A stretch of DNA of 45,177 nucleotides, filler included, from Jimgerdemannia flammicorona (taxonomy: Eukaryota): the NCBI GenBank assembly GCA_003990765.1. It is 2 parts of 2 records of this genome, joined end to end, with 100 filler letters (N's around TTAATTAATTAA, not from the genome) between each part and the next. Parts side by side here need not be neighbours in the genome. Positions count along the whole stretch, not along the records: positions 1 to 22,539 come from RBNJ01001252.1; 1 more part is not named here. One strand, 5' to 3'. The position numbers and the translations under genes are program-made. This document shows positions 1-12,871 of this stretch, in pieces. How positions within the stretch are numbered: position 1 is the stretch's first letter; the number at the start of each line of letters is the position of its first letter. The notes under the pieces were generated by a model. That model made no database searches and was not told where the DNA came from. It saw nothing but the letters and a program-made list of their open reading frames with translations.

Positions 1-1558
1 CAACTGGGCGGCCTTGTTCTCGGATTTTTCTAGTAAGCCATTCAGGCAGGGCATCGAATAAATGGTCTGCTCTTGTACCATTTCGTGCTTCGTCATTGGC
101 AATGTATCCTAGGCCAACAGTGTTCAGAAGTGACTCGAGTTTCATACAGAAGGTTTCAAATTCTTCTTTACCATGTACATCGAATTTGAGGTTGTGGAGT
201 TTTACTCGAGATTCGGCAATTATTGTTTTGCTGCAATATTGAGCAATTATGAGTTGTTTGAGTCCAGGGGCTGCAGGATGGGCTCTATATCCTGGGGCAT
301 TGTTTGCTGCATTCTGGGCAACTACTGCAGGTTGGGTATCCCATGTGAGGGGTTTTTCAGAAAGGGTTCACCACCATTCTTCGGCAGGTCCTCGGAAGAA
401 TGTAACAACTCGGCGGACATAGGCTGTAGTTGTAGCAAAGAGTTGTTCCAGGGTGTGGTCTTGATTGTTTGTCAGAACGCGGTCAGCAACTCGTTCATTG
501 GTCTATTGATTGGCTTCAAAGTTGGTGTCAACTATACTAATGAAGCTTTGGACTTCTTGTGCAGTACCATTGAAGGTAGGTAGGCTCAGATTTTTGGTAG
601 ATCGGATCTGTTCAGCTAAGGCAGTAATGGTTGCTGCCATTATAGCTACTTAGGCTGTGAGGTCTAGAATCTGTTGGTTTGCTATGTTGTTTACTGGAGG
701 CGGTTGGACTGCTAGTAGTGGTGTTACTGGTACTACTTGAGGTACTGGTGCAGAGTGTGATGGGGTTCTTTGGGTCTGTGTAAGTTGCTGGAGTAGTAGT
801 TGTGGATCTGGAGTGAGGGCTTGATAGATAGCTGTTTGTTGCTGTGTAGGTATATTCTGTCCTGATGGATGTGTGTCTCCTTTGGTGGTATATTCAGGAT
901 CGAATTCGGTGAGATACTCCTCCTCTTCTTTGGTTTGGTCTCCATGTAATTGAGTTTGCTCAGCGTCAAAGTAGACAGAATCAGTTATATATCTGATTTC
1001 AGATGGACTTAATTCAAAGTCAAGTTCAGGTTCGGTATTAGTTTCAGATTCAGATAGGGCTGTAGCAGGGCCTGCTTCAGGTTCGGGGTCAGGTAGTTGA
1101 TGAAGGGTTTCTCTTGCTTCTTCCTTAAGAATATGGCGGGCCTTGCTATTCTGGAATCGGTAGTATAATGTGGTCTTGGTCCTGGTGCGGTGAAAGTCAG
1201 TAGAGTTGAGCCACTTGGCTACAGAGGCTTGGGCTTCATGAGGAACTAAGGCTAGAAAGACTGCTGCTGGTTGTCCTAGGTCACTTGGATTTGTGGAGCT
1301 GACAAAACTCTTGTTGAGAAGAGTAAAGAAGGCTTCAATAAGACCTTCTTCATCTTGACTTGCTGGGTGTAGTGCAAGAAGTTCGGTGAATAGGGTTTCG
1401 CCTATTTGCTGGTTTAACTTGAGTACTTCTTTCTTTGAATGAAGTTTATCCCACTTGTTGCAGGTGTGGAGGTCAAATTGTCCTTGTACGTCAGGTTCAA
1501 TTCTCTCCAGATTGTCGGATGGTTCAGGATAAATTCCAGTTCAGAGGTTGGGCTTTAT
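1..1558 (-). pseudogene. gag: gag with long N-terminal extension (copy A)
   Basis: Minus frame is stop-free from 1540 to 653. It continues past a TAA (CAG in copy C) into capsid-like ...EPTFNGTAQEVQSFI...FFRGPAEEWW*TL...LTWD...LFDALPEWL. Confidence 0.75.
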
Positions 1559-1632
1559 ACCAACTTGTAGGAATTCACAGAAAGGTTTGTAGTGGGGTGA
1601 GGAAGCGTCTTGAAGCGGAATTGGATTGTAAA

Positions 1633-1647
1633 CCGCTACTACCAAGT
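1633..1647 (-). promoter_or_regulatory. primer-binding site (tRNA-iMet-like)
   Basis: Minus strand reads LTR end ...TACA-ACT-TGGTAGTAGCGG, complementary to a tRNA 3' end ...CTACCA. Confidence 0.65.
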
Positions 1648-3722
1648 TGTAAGAGGGTTACTTTTTAGGGTAACTGTTACGTAGTTCTGGAAGGGTTTTC
1701 TGGAAGTTCTGGATATTCTGGAAGACTGTTTTCTTATGGTCAAGATCAATTTCATATGGAGTACATCCTCTATGCTTATTGATTTCAAGATTGGGTTGAC
1801 GTCTCAACCAAAGTCCTTTCTCGGACTAGTTCTGGATGTTCAGGATTTTCCATATTTCAGGAAGTTCAAGAAACTAAGACCAGCTTAGTTGGATTGGCAT
1901 ATCGCTGCAGACAATACCCAATTAGGAAATTTCGTGATGGGGTTAGGAGTGGGACCTAACAGAGAGCAGATTTACTTAAGAGTGGTTTGTGGGTTATTAA
2001 ATAGGTTTATTCGCTATTCATGATATTACTATACTAGGAGTAGTTGTATGAAGGGATATTGTGGGGAAGTGCTCAGGAGTTGTGTTCAGATTGTTCAAGT
2101 CTGTTTGAGTCTGAGATTCTGAGGTCTGGGGGAGGGAGTATTTATACTAGTGAGGGGCTATCTGAACTATGCTGAATATGGATGTAGCACTAAGTGCCTT
2201 ACTGAGTCGGAATGCAGTCACATAGTACAAGTGTGATCTGATATGTCAAGAGATCGTCTGACTGCTGAGTCAGTTCACAGTCACATCATACAAGGCTAAT
2301 TTAACTATACTATGACTGCTAGACTATTTATAGGTTTAGACACTATCTGGGTAGTCCTCGATGACATCACCATCGATTGCATCATCTCTGATGAAGTAGT
2401 TGTCTAGGAATAATGGTTCGCGAATTACTTCTCCTTGTTGGCTGAGGTAATAATACATTGGAACTTCATCTCCGTCCCACAGGATAGCATCATCTGTTTC
2501 GTATGCTGGATAAGGTGTTGGTGGGCGAAGGATGGGTGTACTGTCTTTGCTTTCATCGGATTCGCTATCTGCGTACCTTCTATAGATTACAGCACTATGA
2601 GTTGCGGAGTTGTAGTAAGCTGGCGGCTGTGGTTCAAGTCGCTCATACTCAAGTGGTAGCATTGTTGGTTCAATCTCGAGGGTTGTCTGGAGGTACAGGT
2701 TGTGTTCTCTGGTCTCTTCATTATAGTTGAAGTAGTCGGGGGTGAACGCAGGTTGGTATTCATGCCAGTGGTCATTGTCCCAATAAGTCTTGTATGTGGT
2801 TATGAACTATTGTAAATTCATCGGCAAGGTTGGCAGAGTGATCAGGGTTGGCAGAGATCCTTGGCTAGAGGTCATGTCGGCGTCAGAGGGATCATTGTCT
2901 TCTACTTCATCTTCATCAAAGTGGATTATATCGTAGACATCCTTCATGGCGTATCCGACTTGAGGCATTTGCAGGATATGGTCATCAGGGTGTGGGAAGG
3001 TTCTGTCTGTAGTTTCGACATACTCGAGGTACTTGTGGTTGATTTCTTATATCATGTCATCGATTTGGCCGTAGGACAGGGTAGAAACCATTTCACTGAT
3101 AGTGACTCGGAGGCAGGGAATAAAGGTATTGTACTCGTAGAAGAGTTCTCAATGTTTGCAGGCGATGAGCTTCTGGTGTTGAGACATCTGGGTAATGTCT
3201 GTATCATGGTGGTGTTCGACCATATCTTCCAGGAGGCAGCCGATCTGGTAGTAGCTTGAGATTTGTCCGATTCGGTAGGCCTCGCTAAGCATGTTCAGGG
3301 CGTTCCATCGGGCTTCCATGAAGTAGAGGGGTGCCAGGCTATGGATATTCATGAGGGGCAGAGGGGGTGTGGCTCGGTTGATAATAGCATTCCAAATGTC
3401 AGTACGGATGCAGTTGTAGATCTCAGTGGTCATGTTTGTGTGTTTGGAAGTTGTGGTTGTTATTTGTTTTGATTCTCTGATTCGACGCATCTTGGTGCTC
3501 GGTATATATGCATTTGGTCCTGATTGGTAAGATTCCATTTGTGTAGATCTTGTGTTCCGTGACTTCATATTGACTCAGCTTTGTGTGCTGTGACTTTGGT
3601 TTGACTCAGCTTCGTGATCAAGCAGGTGATTTCCAGATATGTTCAGAGGTCGCGTGTAATTTCAGTGGCTTTGTTCAGAGGGTGACATGTATTTTCAGTG
3701 GCTTGGAGGTTGTGCGCTTACA
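1648..3722 (-). repeat. 5' LTR of copy A (2075 bp, contains ORF-X)
   Basis: Inverted termini TGTAAG/CTTACA. Minus-strand TATAAATA near 2139-2146 and AATAAA at 2006-2011. Colinear with 5797-7297. Confidence 0.9.
2336..3568 (-). pseudogene. ORF-X: LTR-encoded accessory protein of unknown function (411 codons, 3 transition-derived stops)
   Basis: ORF-track ORFs 3149..3568 and 2336..2662 are one frame with no frameshift. Contains YYQIGCLL...IACKH*ELFYEYNTFIPCL...LSYGQI and an acidic tail. Confidence 0.8.
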
Positions 3723-4429
3723 TGCAGTAATTGCCCAGAATGTAGCAAATAATACCCCAGGATATGGAGCCCATCCTGCAGCCCCTGGACTCAAATAACT
3801 CATGATTGCTCAATATCACAGTAAAACCATGATTGCCAAATCTTGAGTTAAACTCTGCAACCTCAAATTTGATATATATGGCAAGGAGGAATTTGAAACC
3901 TTCTGTATAAAACTCAAGTCACTTCTGAACACTATTGGCCTAAGATACATTACCAATGATGAAGCATGAAATAGTACAAGAGTAGACCATTTATTTGATA
4001 TACTACCTGAATGGCTTATAAGGAAAATCTGAGAATAAGGTCACCCAGTTGGTTGTGATCACCAACAATGGTACCTGGTAAGAATCAAGACTATGGTTAA
4101 GTGAATCCTAACAGCTGGACCAATTCTGCCTTGAAGACAATTTAACAATAAGGAAAAGACTTGGACTAAGAAAGAAGAACCTAAGCATAAAGCATCTTAA
4201 GCTCCCTCAACATCTACCTCATGAATACTCCAAAATCATGAATCCATCTAGCTGAGTATCTTCAAGAAACTCACTGAAGGAGAAAGAAATGAACTTCAAA
4301 GAAGTGGAGCATACTTCTATTACTAAAAGACAGAATATATGACCAGTGTCTGCCCTAACTGAAAATCCCAAACAGCAACATATGCAAGTGTTACTACTCT
4401 GCACTACCTCAATAATCTGACTATCAAAA

Positions 4430-4840
4430 TACTGAACTTTATTAAGTTAAGATAAACTGCTAAGGCTCTAACTAAAGAAAGTCAAAAAGCAGCTAGATAT
4501 GACCTATATATAGTCAAAGAAGTTACAGTTTCCAACTGAGAAGTCAAGCAAATCTATATAAGAATCAGCATCCAAATTCCTAAAGGATATATTGAAAGAA
4601 TATGCTATCACAGCAGCCTAGTACTGAAAGAACTCTCAGTAGAAGGAGGAGTTATTGATAAAAATTATACAGGTGAAATTATTGTTCTTATCTGAAATCA
4701 TAGTTAGACACCCTTCAAGATCCCCATTGGTTTCTGCATTGCTCAGATCCTATTTGAAAAAATCAAGTCAACTCTGATAGTCAAGGAAGTCTCTGAACTA
4801 CTACTTATCATCCAAGGATCTAAAGAATTTGGCTCATCAA
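4430..4840 (+). pseudogene. dut: dUTPase (copy B, between zinc knuckle and protease)
   Basis: ARYDLY...SSL...VEGGVIDKNYTGEI...IAQILF...GSKEFGSS, i.e. trimeric dUTPase motifs I-V. Confidence 0.9.
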
Positions 4841-5059
4841 ACAAAGCTCCAGCCCAACCTATCATGAGTAAAGAAGAACAATTCTACAAAAAAATTAAAG
4901 ATAGATATATACTCAGTGGTTAATACCCCTATAGCATTAGAATGTACTCTTTTTAAATAATTAATGATTGCTTCTCTTGTGTCAATGAACTAGCTCAAAG
5001 AAGAACCAACAGAAGAAAAGCTCTTATAACTGAAATCACTACCATTGGATCAGACAAAC

Positions 5060-5410
5060 TACTTATACTTTAAGCTTTTGTCAACTGAGTACTTATCAAG
5101 ATTATAATAGACAGTAGTGCCTCAGGCAACTTCATCAATAAAGAAATAGCCAATAGACTCAAGGTCCTGACATCTCCAGTACAACAAACTCAAGCAGTTA
5201 TTATAGCTGATAGAATCTCTCATATTATTAGTAAGGAAGTCTGTAACCTGCCCTTCCAAATTGGTAACTACTGAGTATATGTTACCCTCCAGATTATACT
5301 ACTTCTTGACAATAAAATCATTCTTGAAACCCTATGGTTGAAATAAGAGAATCTCATGATTGATTGGATAAAATATTCTCTGACCATCAAGAAAGGATAC
5401 TATAACTTCA
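5060..5410 (+). pseudogene. retropepsin aspartic protease (copy B)
   Basis: IIIDSSASGNFI at ~5101-5136 and IILETLWL (degraded ILG.PWL) at ~5320-5340. Confidence 0.85.
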
Positions 5411-5796
5411 AACTGTAAGATGAAAAGGACCCACTCAGCTCTAGTAACTCTAGACCAAAGGTCACTTATATAAATAAGCTACAGCTCAAGAAATTGGCTA
5501 AGAAATGCCCTCTCTTTGCCATCTCTATCTGCCTATCCAAAGAAGAACCTGAGAACTCTGAAGAAGACTTTTCTAAAGTTAACAGCTATGTTAGACTCTT
5601 ACTCCAGAAAGTCTGAGATATAATTCTGAACTGAACTACAAATCCACCTACACCTGTTATTATTAATAACCAAGAAGAATACAAAGTTGACAAATCCTCA
5701 ACAAATACAGTCACAAGAACCATTCAAATGATACAATAATACTAGATCAAATTAGAAGATCTTGATGAGGATATCAAAAGCTAAGAAGGAGAGAGT

Positions 5797-7297
5797 TATA
5801 AGTACATAACCTCTAAGCCACCAAAATCATATATGTATCATCCTCAGAACTAATTTAGAAACCATATACAAGACTACAAAACAAGTTACTAAAGAGATCA
5901 CCTGATTATACAAAATATGCCAGCAAGCATAAGAACCTACTGCTAAGATACAAGAATACCAGAAGAAATACTACAACTATAAGACTGATCCTAAACCACT
6001 ATAACTAGTTTTAGTATACTATACTATTACAAAAGGAAACTAAAGTACCAAACTCAAACCAGGATGAGAAGAACCCTATCTCATCTATCAAAAGTTCATA
6101 AACTACACTTATTAACTCAAGACTAAGATATACCACAACTATATAAAGACTTCATTACTTAGTAGAAGTAAAATTCATTTAAACAACTCCATTCACTCTA
6201 TCTATATCACCTCTATTGAAGGATGACAGATACTTTATCTAAACTCAAGAAAGCCAACATTGTCAAAACCAATCTCAAGCTCATCCATATAATAGATATT
6301 ACTACTAGAAATTGTCTCAAATTATAGAAAATATCATTTCCAAGAGGTTCAAACTCTCAGCTGCAATATTGAGAGCCCTCACTCTAGACAAGAATGATTA
6401 GTCCTTACAAATGTGCCAGCAGTCCAAAAAAAAAAAAAGAGAACCAAGATCTGTTATCCTTATATAACCACTACCACCAAGGACAGCCTTAATCTTACAA
6501 GAGATAGAGGTGATGATATCTTTGAAACTGATGATGTCAGAAGTTAGAAAACTACTCAGACTTTGCCAGAGATAATGTTATCAATAGTGATATCATCAAA
6601 GACTAACCAGATAGTATCTAAATCTATAAATAGCTTAGTAGTCATAGTATAGTTAGATTAGTCTTATATGATATGACTGTGAACTGACTCAGCAGTCAGA
6701 CAATCTCTTGACATGTTAGATCACATTTGTATTACATGACTATATTCTGACTCAGCAAGGCACTAAGTACTATACCCATTTTCAGCATAGCCCAGATAGC
6801 CTCTCACTAGTATAAATACCCCTTCCCTCAGACCTCAGAATCTTAGACTTGAATATATAAGAACATTCCTGATCACTTCTCCACAATATCTCTTTATACA
6901 ACTACTCTTAGTATAGCAATATCATGAATAGTGAATAAACCTATTTAATAACCCACAAACTACTCTTAAGTAAATCTGCTCCCTATTAGATCCCACTCCT
7001 AATCTTGTCATGAAATTTCCTAATTAGATATTGTCTGCAGCAATATGCTGATTCAACTAAGCTAGTCTTAGTTTTTTTGAACTTTCTAAAATATGAAAAA
7101 TTCTGAATATCCAGAACTAGTCCAAAAAAGAACTTTGGTTGAGATGTCAATCTGATCTTGAAATCAATAAGCATAGAGGATGTACTCTATTGAAATTGAT
7201 CTTGACTTTAAGAAAACAGTCTTCTAGAATATCCAGAACTTTCAGAAAATCCTTCCAGAACTATATAATAGTTACTCTAATAAGTAACCCTCTTACA
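5797..7297 (+). repeat. 3' LTR of copy B (1.5 kb, degraded ORF-X with deletions)
   Basis: Starts TATAAGTACATAACC (TGTAAGCGCACAACC in A) right after the PPT and ends CTCTTACA. TATA box at 6811, AATAAA at 6934. Confidence 0.9.
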
Positions 7298-7517
7298 GAA
7301 TGATAGGTAAAGAAAAAACTCTCATCAAAGTACATTACAGTAAATAGGGCCTGGTTCTTTCAGATGAGATAAGTAAAGGACTTATATATGAGGTGGGAGG
7401 AGATCTTCAATATCTTACTACTTAAGCCTATGAGCCTCAATCATATTGTTATATCAGCTCCTGATTCTAGTTGAGTATAGCCAAGATATCTAAAATGGGT
7501 AGCCTTGAGTCCTCTAA

Positions 7518-10354
7518 GAAAGTAGTATAATCTGGAGTATAATATATACTCATTAGTTATTAATTTGGAAGAGTAGGTTGTGGACTTTCTTGCTAATAAC
7601 ATGAGAGGTTCTATCAGCTATAGTAATGGCTTGAGTCTGTTATATCAGAGAGGTCAGGACCTTGAGTCTATTGGCTATTTCTTCATTAATAAAGTTGCTT
7701 GAGGAACTACTGTCTATTATGATCTTAATAGATACTCAATTAATAAAAGCTTGGAGGGTAAGTAGTTTGTCTGATCTGATAGTAGTGATTTCAGTTTTAG
7801 GAGTTTTCCTTCTATTGATTCTTCTTTGTATCAGTTTATTAATACAAGAGAAGCAATCATCAATCATTTGAGAAGAGTATATTCTAATACTATGGAGATA
7901 TTAATCACTTGGTATAAGTCTATCTTCAATTTTCTTGTAGAATTATTTCTCCTTATTTATAGTAGATTAGACTGGGATCTTGTTTGATAAGCCAAATCCT
8001 CTGAATTCTTAGATAGTAGACAGTAGTTCAGGGACTTCCTTAACTGTTAGAATTGATTCAATTTTCTTAATTAGGATCTGAGTAATACAAAAACTAATAA
8101 GGATCTTGAAGAGTATCTAACTATGATTTCAGATAAGGATAATGATTTTGCTTATATAATCTTTATTAATGACTCTTCCTTCTACTGAGAGTTCTTTTAA
8201 TATTAGGCTACTGTGATAGCATATTCTTTCAATATATTATTCAGAAATTTGAATGCTAATTTCTGATAAATTTACTTGACTTCTCAGTTGGAAACTATGA
8301 CTTCTTTAGCTATATATAGGTTATATCTAACTGCTTTTTGACTTTCTTTAGTTGGGGCTATAGTAGTTGGCCTTAATTTGACAAAGTCTGATATCTTAGT
8401 AGTCAGATTATTGAGGTAATATAGAGTGGTAATAGTTACTTGTATTACTGTTCAGAGTTTTCAATTGGGGCAGACACTGGTCATATGTTCTGTCTTTTGA
8501 CAATAGAAGTATACTCAACTTCTTTGGAGTTTATTTCTTTCTCCTTTAGTGAGTTTCTTGAAGATATTTAGCTAAGTAGATTCAGGATTTCAGGGTATCT
8601 AAGAGGTGGATGTGGAGGGAGCTTAGGATGCTTCATACTTGAGTTCTTCTTTCTTAGTCTAAGTTTTTTTCTTGTTGTTGAATTGTCTTTGGGGCAGAAT
8701 TAGTCTAGCTATTAGAATTTGCTTGACTATAGTCTTGATTTTTACTAGATACCATTGTTGGTAGTCATAACCAACTAAGTATTCTTGTTTGTAGATTTCC
8801 TTATAAGTCATTCTGATAGTATATCAAACAAATGGTCTGCTCTTGTACTATTTCATACTTCATCATTAGTAATATATTCTAGGCCAATAGTATTCAAAAG
8901 TAACTTGAGTTTTGTATAGAAGGTTTCAAATTCCTCCTTACTATATATATCAAATTTAAGATTGCAAAGTTTAGCTTGAGATTCAGCAATTATGAGCTGT
9001 TTGAGCCAAGGGGCCATGGAGTGATCTCTATACCTAGGGGCTTTATTTACTATATTTTAGGCAATAACTACAGGTTAGGTATTCCATATAAGAGATTTTT
9101 CAGAAAGAGTTTGTCACTATTCTTCAGTAGATCCTCAGAAGAATATAACAACTTAATAGATATAGACTATAGTAGTAGCAAAAGGTTGTTCCAGGGTGTA
9201 GTCTTGATTATTTGTTAGAAGATAGTCAGTAACTTACTCATTAGTCTATTAGTTAGCTTCAAAATTAGTATCAACTATACTAATGAAGCTTTGGACTTCT
9301 TGTATAGTACTATTGAAGATAGGTAGGCTTAGACTTTTTATTGATCAGATTTGGTTGACTAATATAGTAATGATTGCTACCATTATGGCTATCTGAGCTG
9401 TAAGATCTAGAATCTATTAATTTACTATATTGTTTACTGGAGGTAATTGGACTACTAGTAGTAGTATTACTGGTATAACTTGAGGTACTAGTGCAGAGTA
9501 TGATGGTGTTCTTTGAGTCTATATAAGTTGCTGGAATAACTATTGTGGGTCTGAAGTAGAGGCTTAATAGATAACTATCTATTGTCCTATAGGTGTGTTT
9601 TGTTCTGAGAGAGATATATCTCCTTTAGTAGTATATCTGAGATTGAATTTACTGAGATACTCCTCTTTCTCTTTACTTTGATCTCTGTATAATTGAGTTT
9701 ACTCAGCATCAAAGTAGATAGTATTGGTTATATATCAGATTTCAGATGAGCTTAATTCAAAAGCTAGTTCTAACTTAGTATTGGCTTCAGTTTCAGATAG
9801 GATTGATACTGAACCTACTTCTGATTCAAGATCAGATTGTTGATGAAGAGTTTCCCTGACCTCTTATTTAAGAATATAGTAGGCCTTATAATTCTGAAAA
9901 TAGTAATATAAGATAGACTTGGTCCTGGTATAGTGATAGTTAGTAGAGTTGAGCCACTTAACTATAGAGGCTCATGCTTTATAAGGAACTAAGACTAGAA
10001 AGACAGCTGCTAATTGTCCTAGGTTACTTAGATTTGTAGAGCTGGCAAAACTCTTATTAAGAAGAGTAAAGAAGACTTCTATAAGATCTTCTTCATCTTA
10101 ACTTATAGAGTGTAGAGTAAGAAGTTCAGTGTATAGAGTTTCATCTATCTACTAATTTAATTAGAGTACTTTTTTTTATAGATAAAGTCTGTCTCACTTA
10201 TTATAGGTATAGAGATCAAATTGTCCTTATACATTAGGTCTAATTCTCTTCAGATTATCAGATGGTTTAGAATGAATTTCAGTTCAGAGATTGGACTTTA
10301 TATTAACTTATAAGAATTCTTATAGAGGTTTATAGTGAAGTGAGGAAGTGACTT
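7518..10354 (-). mobile_element. Ty3/Gypsy copy C (A/B family), heavily mutated internal fragment: gag, dUTPase, protease, no LTRs
   Basis: 8770-10354 aligns with 1-1612. 7518-8770 aligns with the reverse complement of 4050-5305. Confidence 0.9.
7990..8400 (-). pseudogene. dut: dUTPase (copy C)
   Basis: Reverse-complement homolog of 4430-4840. Confidence 0.8.
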
Positions 10355-10422
10355 GATTCAGATTGAGTAATTCAGATTAATCCAAGTTAATTCAAATTTG
10401 AATTAACTTATTCAGAGTATTA
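10355..10422 (-). mobile_element. terminal fragment of the hAT family (left TIR plus subterminal repeats, inverted)
   Basis: TTTGAATTAACTTATTCAGAGTATTA is a transition-degraded reverse complement of TAGTGCTCCGAATGAGTCAATTCAAA at 31076. Confidence 0.7.
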
Positions 10423-12871
10423 GTCTATTCTAAGAAGTAAGATAAGAAGCTATTAATCAATAAAAATATTAAGTTATTACTTAAAGAATTCAAGAATATC
10501 TTTCCAGATAAGCTATCTGGTCTACTCCCTATATAAGAAATTGATCATGAAATTGAACTGACTCTAGAAGCTATACTACTCAAGAAATACATATATCACA
10601 TATCACCTCTTGAGATTGAAGTAGTCAAGAAAAAACTAGAAAAGTTACTTATATAAAAAGTCATTCAATTAAGCAAATCTCCCTATAGTTTACTAGTTTT
10701 ATTTATCAAGAAGAAAGATGATATCCTGTAACTACTAAGTACTTAACAAGCTTATAGTTAAGAACTAATATCTGTTACTCTTGATTGATCAAATTTTTGA
10801 TGCTCTTAAGAATATTAAGTACTTTACCAAGCTGGATCTTATATTAGATTACTATTAAATCCAAATTAAGTCAGAAAATATCTCTAAGACTATATTCATA
10901 ACTCTCTTCAGACTCTACAAATTTTCAGTCTTAGCATTTGGTCTTACTAATATACTTACTATATTTTAGACCCTCATAAATAAGATATTTAAGGACTAAC
11001 TATTTATCTTCTTGTTAGTATATCTTGACAACATCTTGATCTTTAGTATAACTAAAGAAGAATATCTTAAGTATATCTGAGTAGTTCTGGAGATTTTATG
11101 AAAATATAAACTATATACAAAGCTCAAGAAGTGTAAATTCTTTAAAGAACAAGTTAAATATCTTAGTCATATTATCTCTATATAAGGAATTCAAGTAGAT
11201 CTACACAAGATAGAGATAATTCAAGAATAGCTTATTTTATTAGACCTTACAGAACTTCAGTCCTTTTTTGGTCTAGCTGGCTACTACTATCACTTTATTT
11301 GAAATTTCTCTAACATTACTGAGCTACTGACTAATCTCATAAGGAAGACTCTTAACTCTGATCTCTATGTACTCTACATCTAGGATTTCTTTTATCAATA
11401 AGTCTTTTAAGAACTCAGGAACTGTCTGATCCATGCTCTAGTCCTATACAATATAGATCTAAGTCTGAAATTTACTATTACTACTAATTTTGTCATTAGA
11501 ACAGTCTTATTACAAGATGATGGTAAAAAATACTGCTCTATTGTCTTTAAGTCTTACAAGTTATCTCTGGCCAAATAAAAGCTAGCTACTCATGAAAAGA
11601 AGCTACTAGCAATAATATATATATTAGACTACTAGTAATACTATCTAGAAGGTATTGAGTTTGATGTCATTATTGATCATTAATTACTCAAGTATATTAA
11701 CACCCAATCTATTCTATTATATCTATAAGTTAAGTGGAGCCTAAAGCTTTAAACTTTCAATTCAATAATTATCTATAAGTCTGGAAAAATACTTATAGTA
11801 CTAGATACCTTATTCAGATGTCTAGACCTTATCATAATCATACAAGTTACCTTAGCATCAGAATTTCTAAACTAAATCAGACAAGCTTACAAAGAAGACA
11901 CTATTGTTACTAGAGATTTCTCAAACAAGCTCAAGGATATATACTATCAAGGACAATCTGATCTACCATCAAGACAAAGTCTATCTATCTGACAATATAA
12001 ATCTATACTATAAGATACTATAAGAATACTATGACTCCCTACTTACTGGCTATCTTGAAATTGAGAAAACTGTCAAAAATATCTAATACTACTACTATTG
12101 ACTAAATATAATTAAGAAAATCAAGAACTATATTGCTAGCTATAACCTCTATCAGTGTAATAAGTTTACTAACTAAGCACTAGTTAGTTTACTACAACTA
12201 CTGCCAATCTCAATTAAGAAGTTTAAATAAGTTATAATGAACTTTATAACTCAACTACTATAAACTCAATCTAGTACTGATACTATCATTATATTTGTTG
12301 ACTACCTGATCAAGACTATGATTGCTGAACTCATTACTACCAATGCTACTATACCTAAGATTACAAGAATCTTCTTCAAGTCTATCTTCTATCACTATGG
12401 CCTATCATAAGTAATTATCGGTGATTGTTATCCTAAGTTCACCAGTTACTTCTGATAAATACTCTTTAAGACTCTGGAAACCCAATTGGCTATATCTACT
12501 ATCTTTCATATATAAACTAATAGACAAACTGAGTCTATAAATAGAACCTTAAAGAAAATACTTAAAAACTATATCTCTTATAAGTAAGATAATTAGGACT
12601 ACTATCTGACTTATATAGAATTTATATTGTAATAGTAATTCCAGAATAATGACATCAGCACAGGAGACAGCCTTTCCTTATAAGCCACTAGATTGGAGCA
12701 CAAGAAGATCATATAGTATATGAGATGAGCAATAATGACCAACTATGAGTCATTGTGACCACAGCACAAGCATCCTGAAGAATATAAAAGAAGAATCAAG
12801 GAACTACAGTAGCAGCAACCAATAAGAACCACCAATTCCAAAATAGCTCAAATATTTACCATAAAACAAAA

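Larger units (their letters stand above)
1..3722 (-). mobile_element. Ty3/Gypsy LTR retrotransposon copy A (5' part: 5' LTR, PBS, gag; continues left of the window)
   Basis: LTR 1648-3722 bounded by TGTAAG...CTTACA. PBS-like TGGTAGTAGCGG follows on the minus strand, then a gag-like frame. Homologous to copies B (3723-7297) and C (7518-10354). Confidence 0.9.
3723..7297 (+). mobile_element. Ty3/Gypsy copy B (same family as A), internally deleted: gag 3' half, dUTPase, protease, chromodomain remnant, PPT, 3' LTR
   Basis: 3723-4050 is the reverse complement of 1-328. Degraded CCHC knuckle near 4310-4355. PPT AAGAAGGAGAGAG at 5783-5795. No RT/RH/IN. Confidence 0.85.

Noticed and set aside
1..7297. 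Large inverted repeats suggesting a DIRS or foldback element
   Set aside because: Explained by same-family LTR elements in opposite orientation; no tyrosine recombinase seen.
7298..7517. 220-bp unassigned segment between B and C
   Set aside because: No homology found in the window and no motif I can support; the same holds for 22378-22539.
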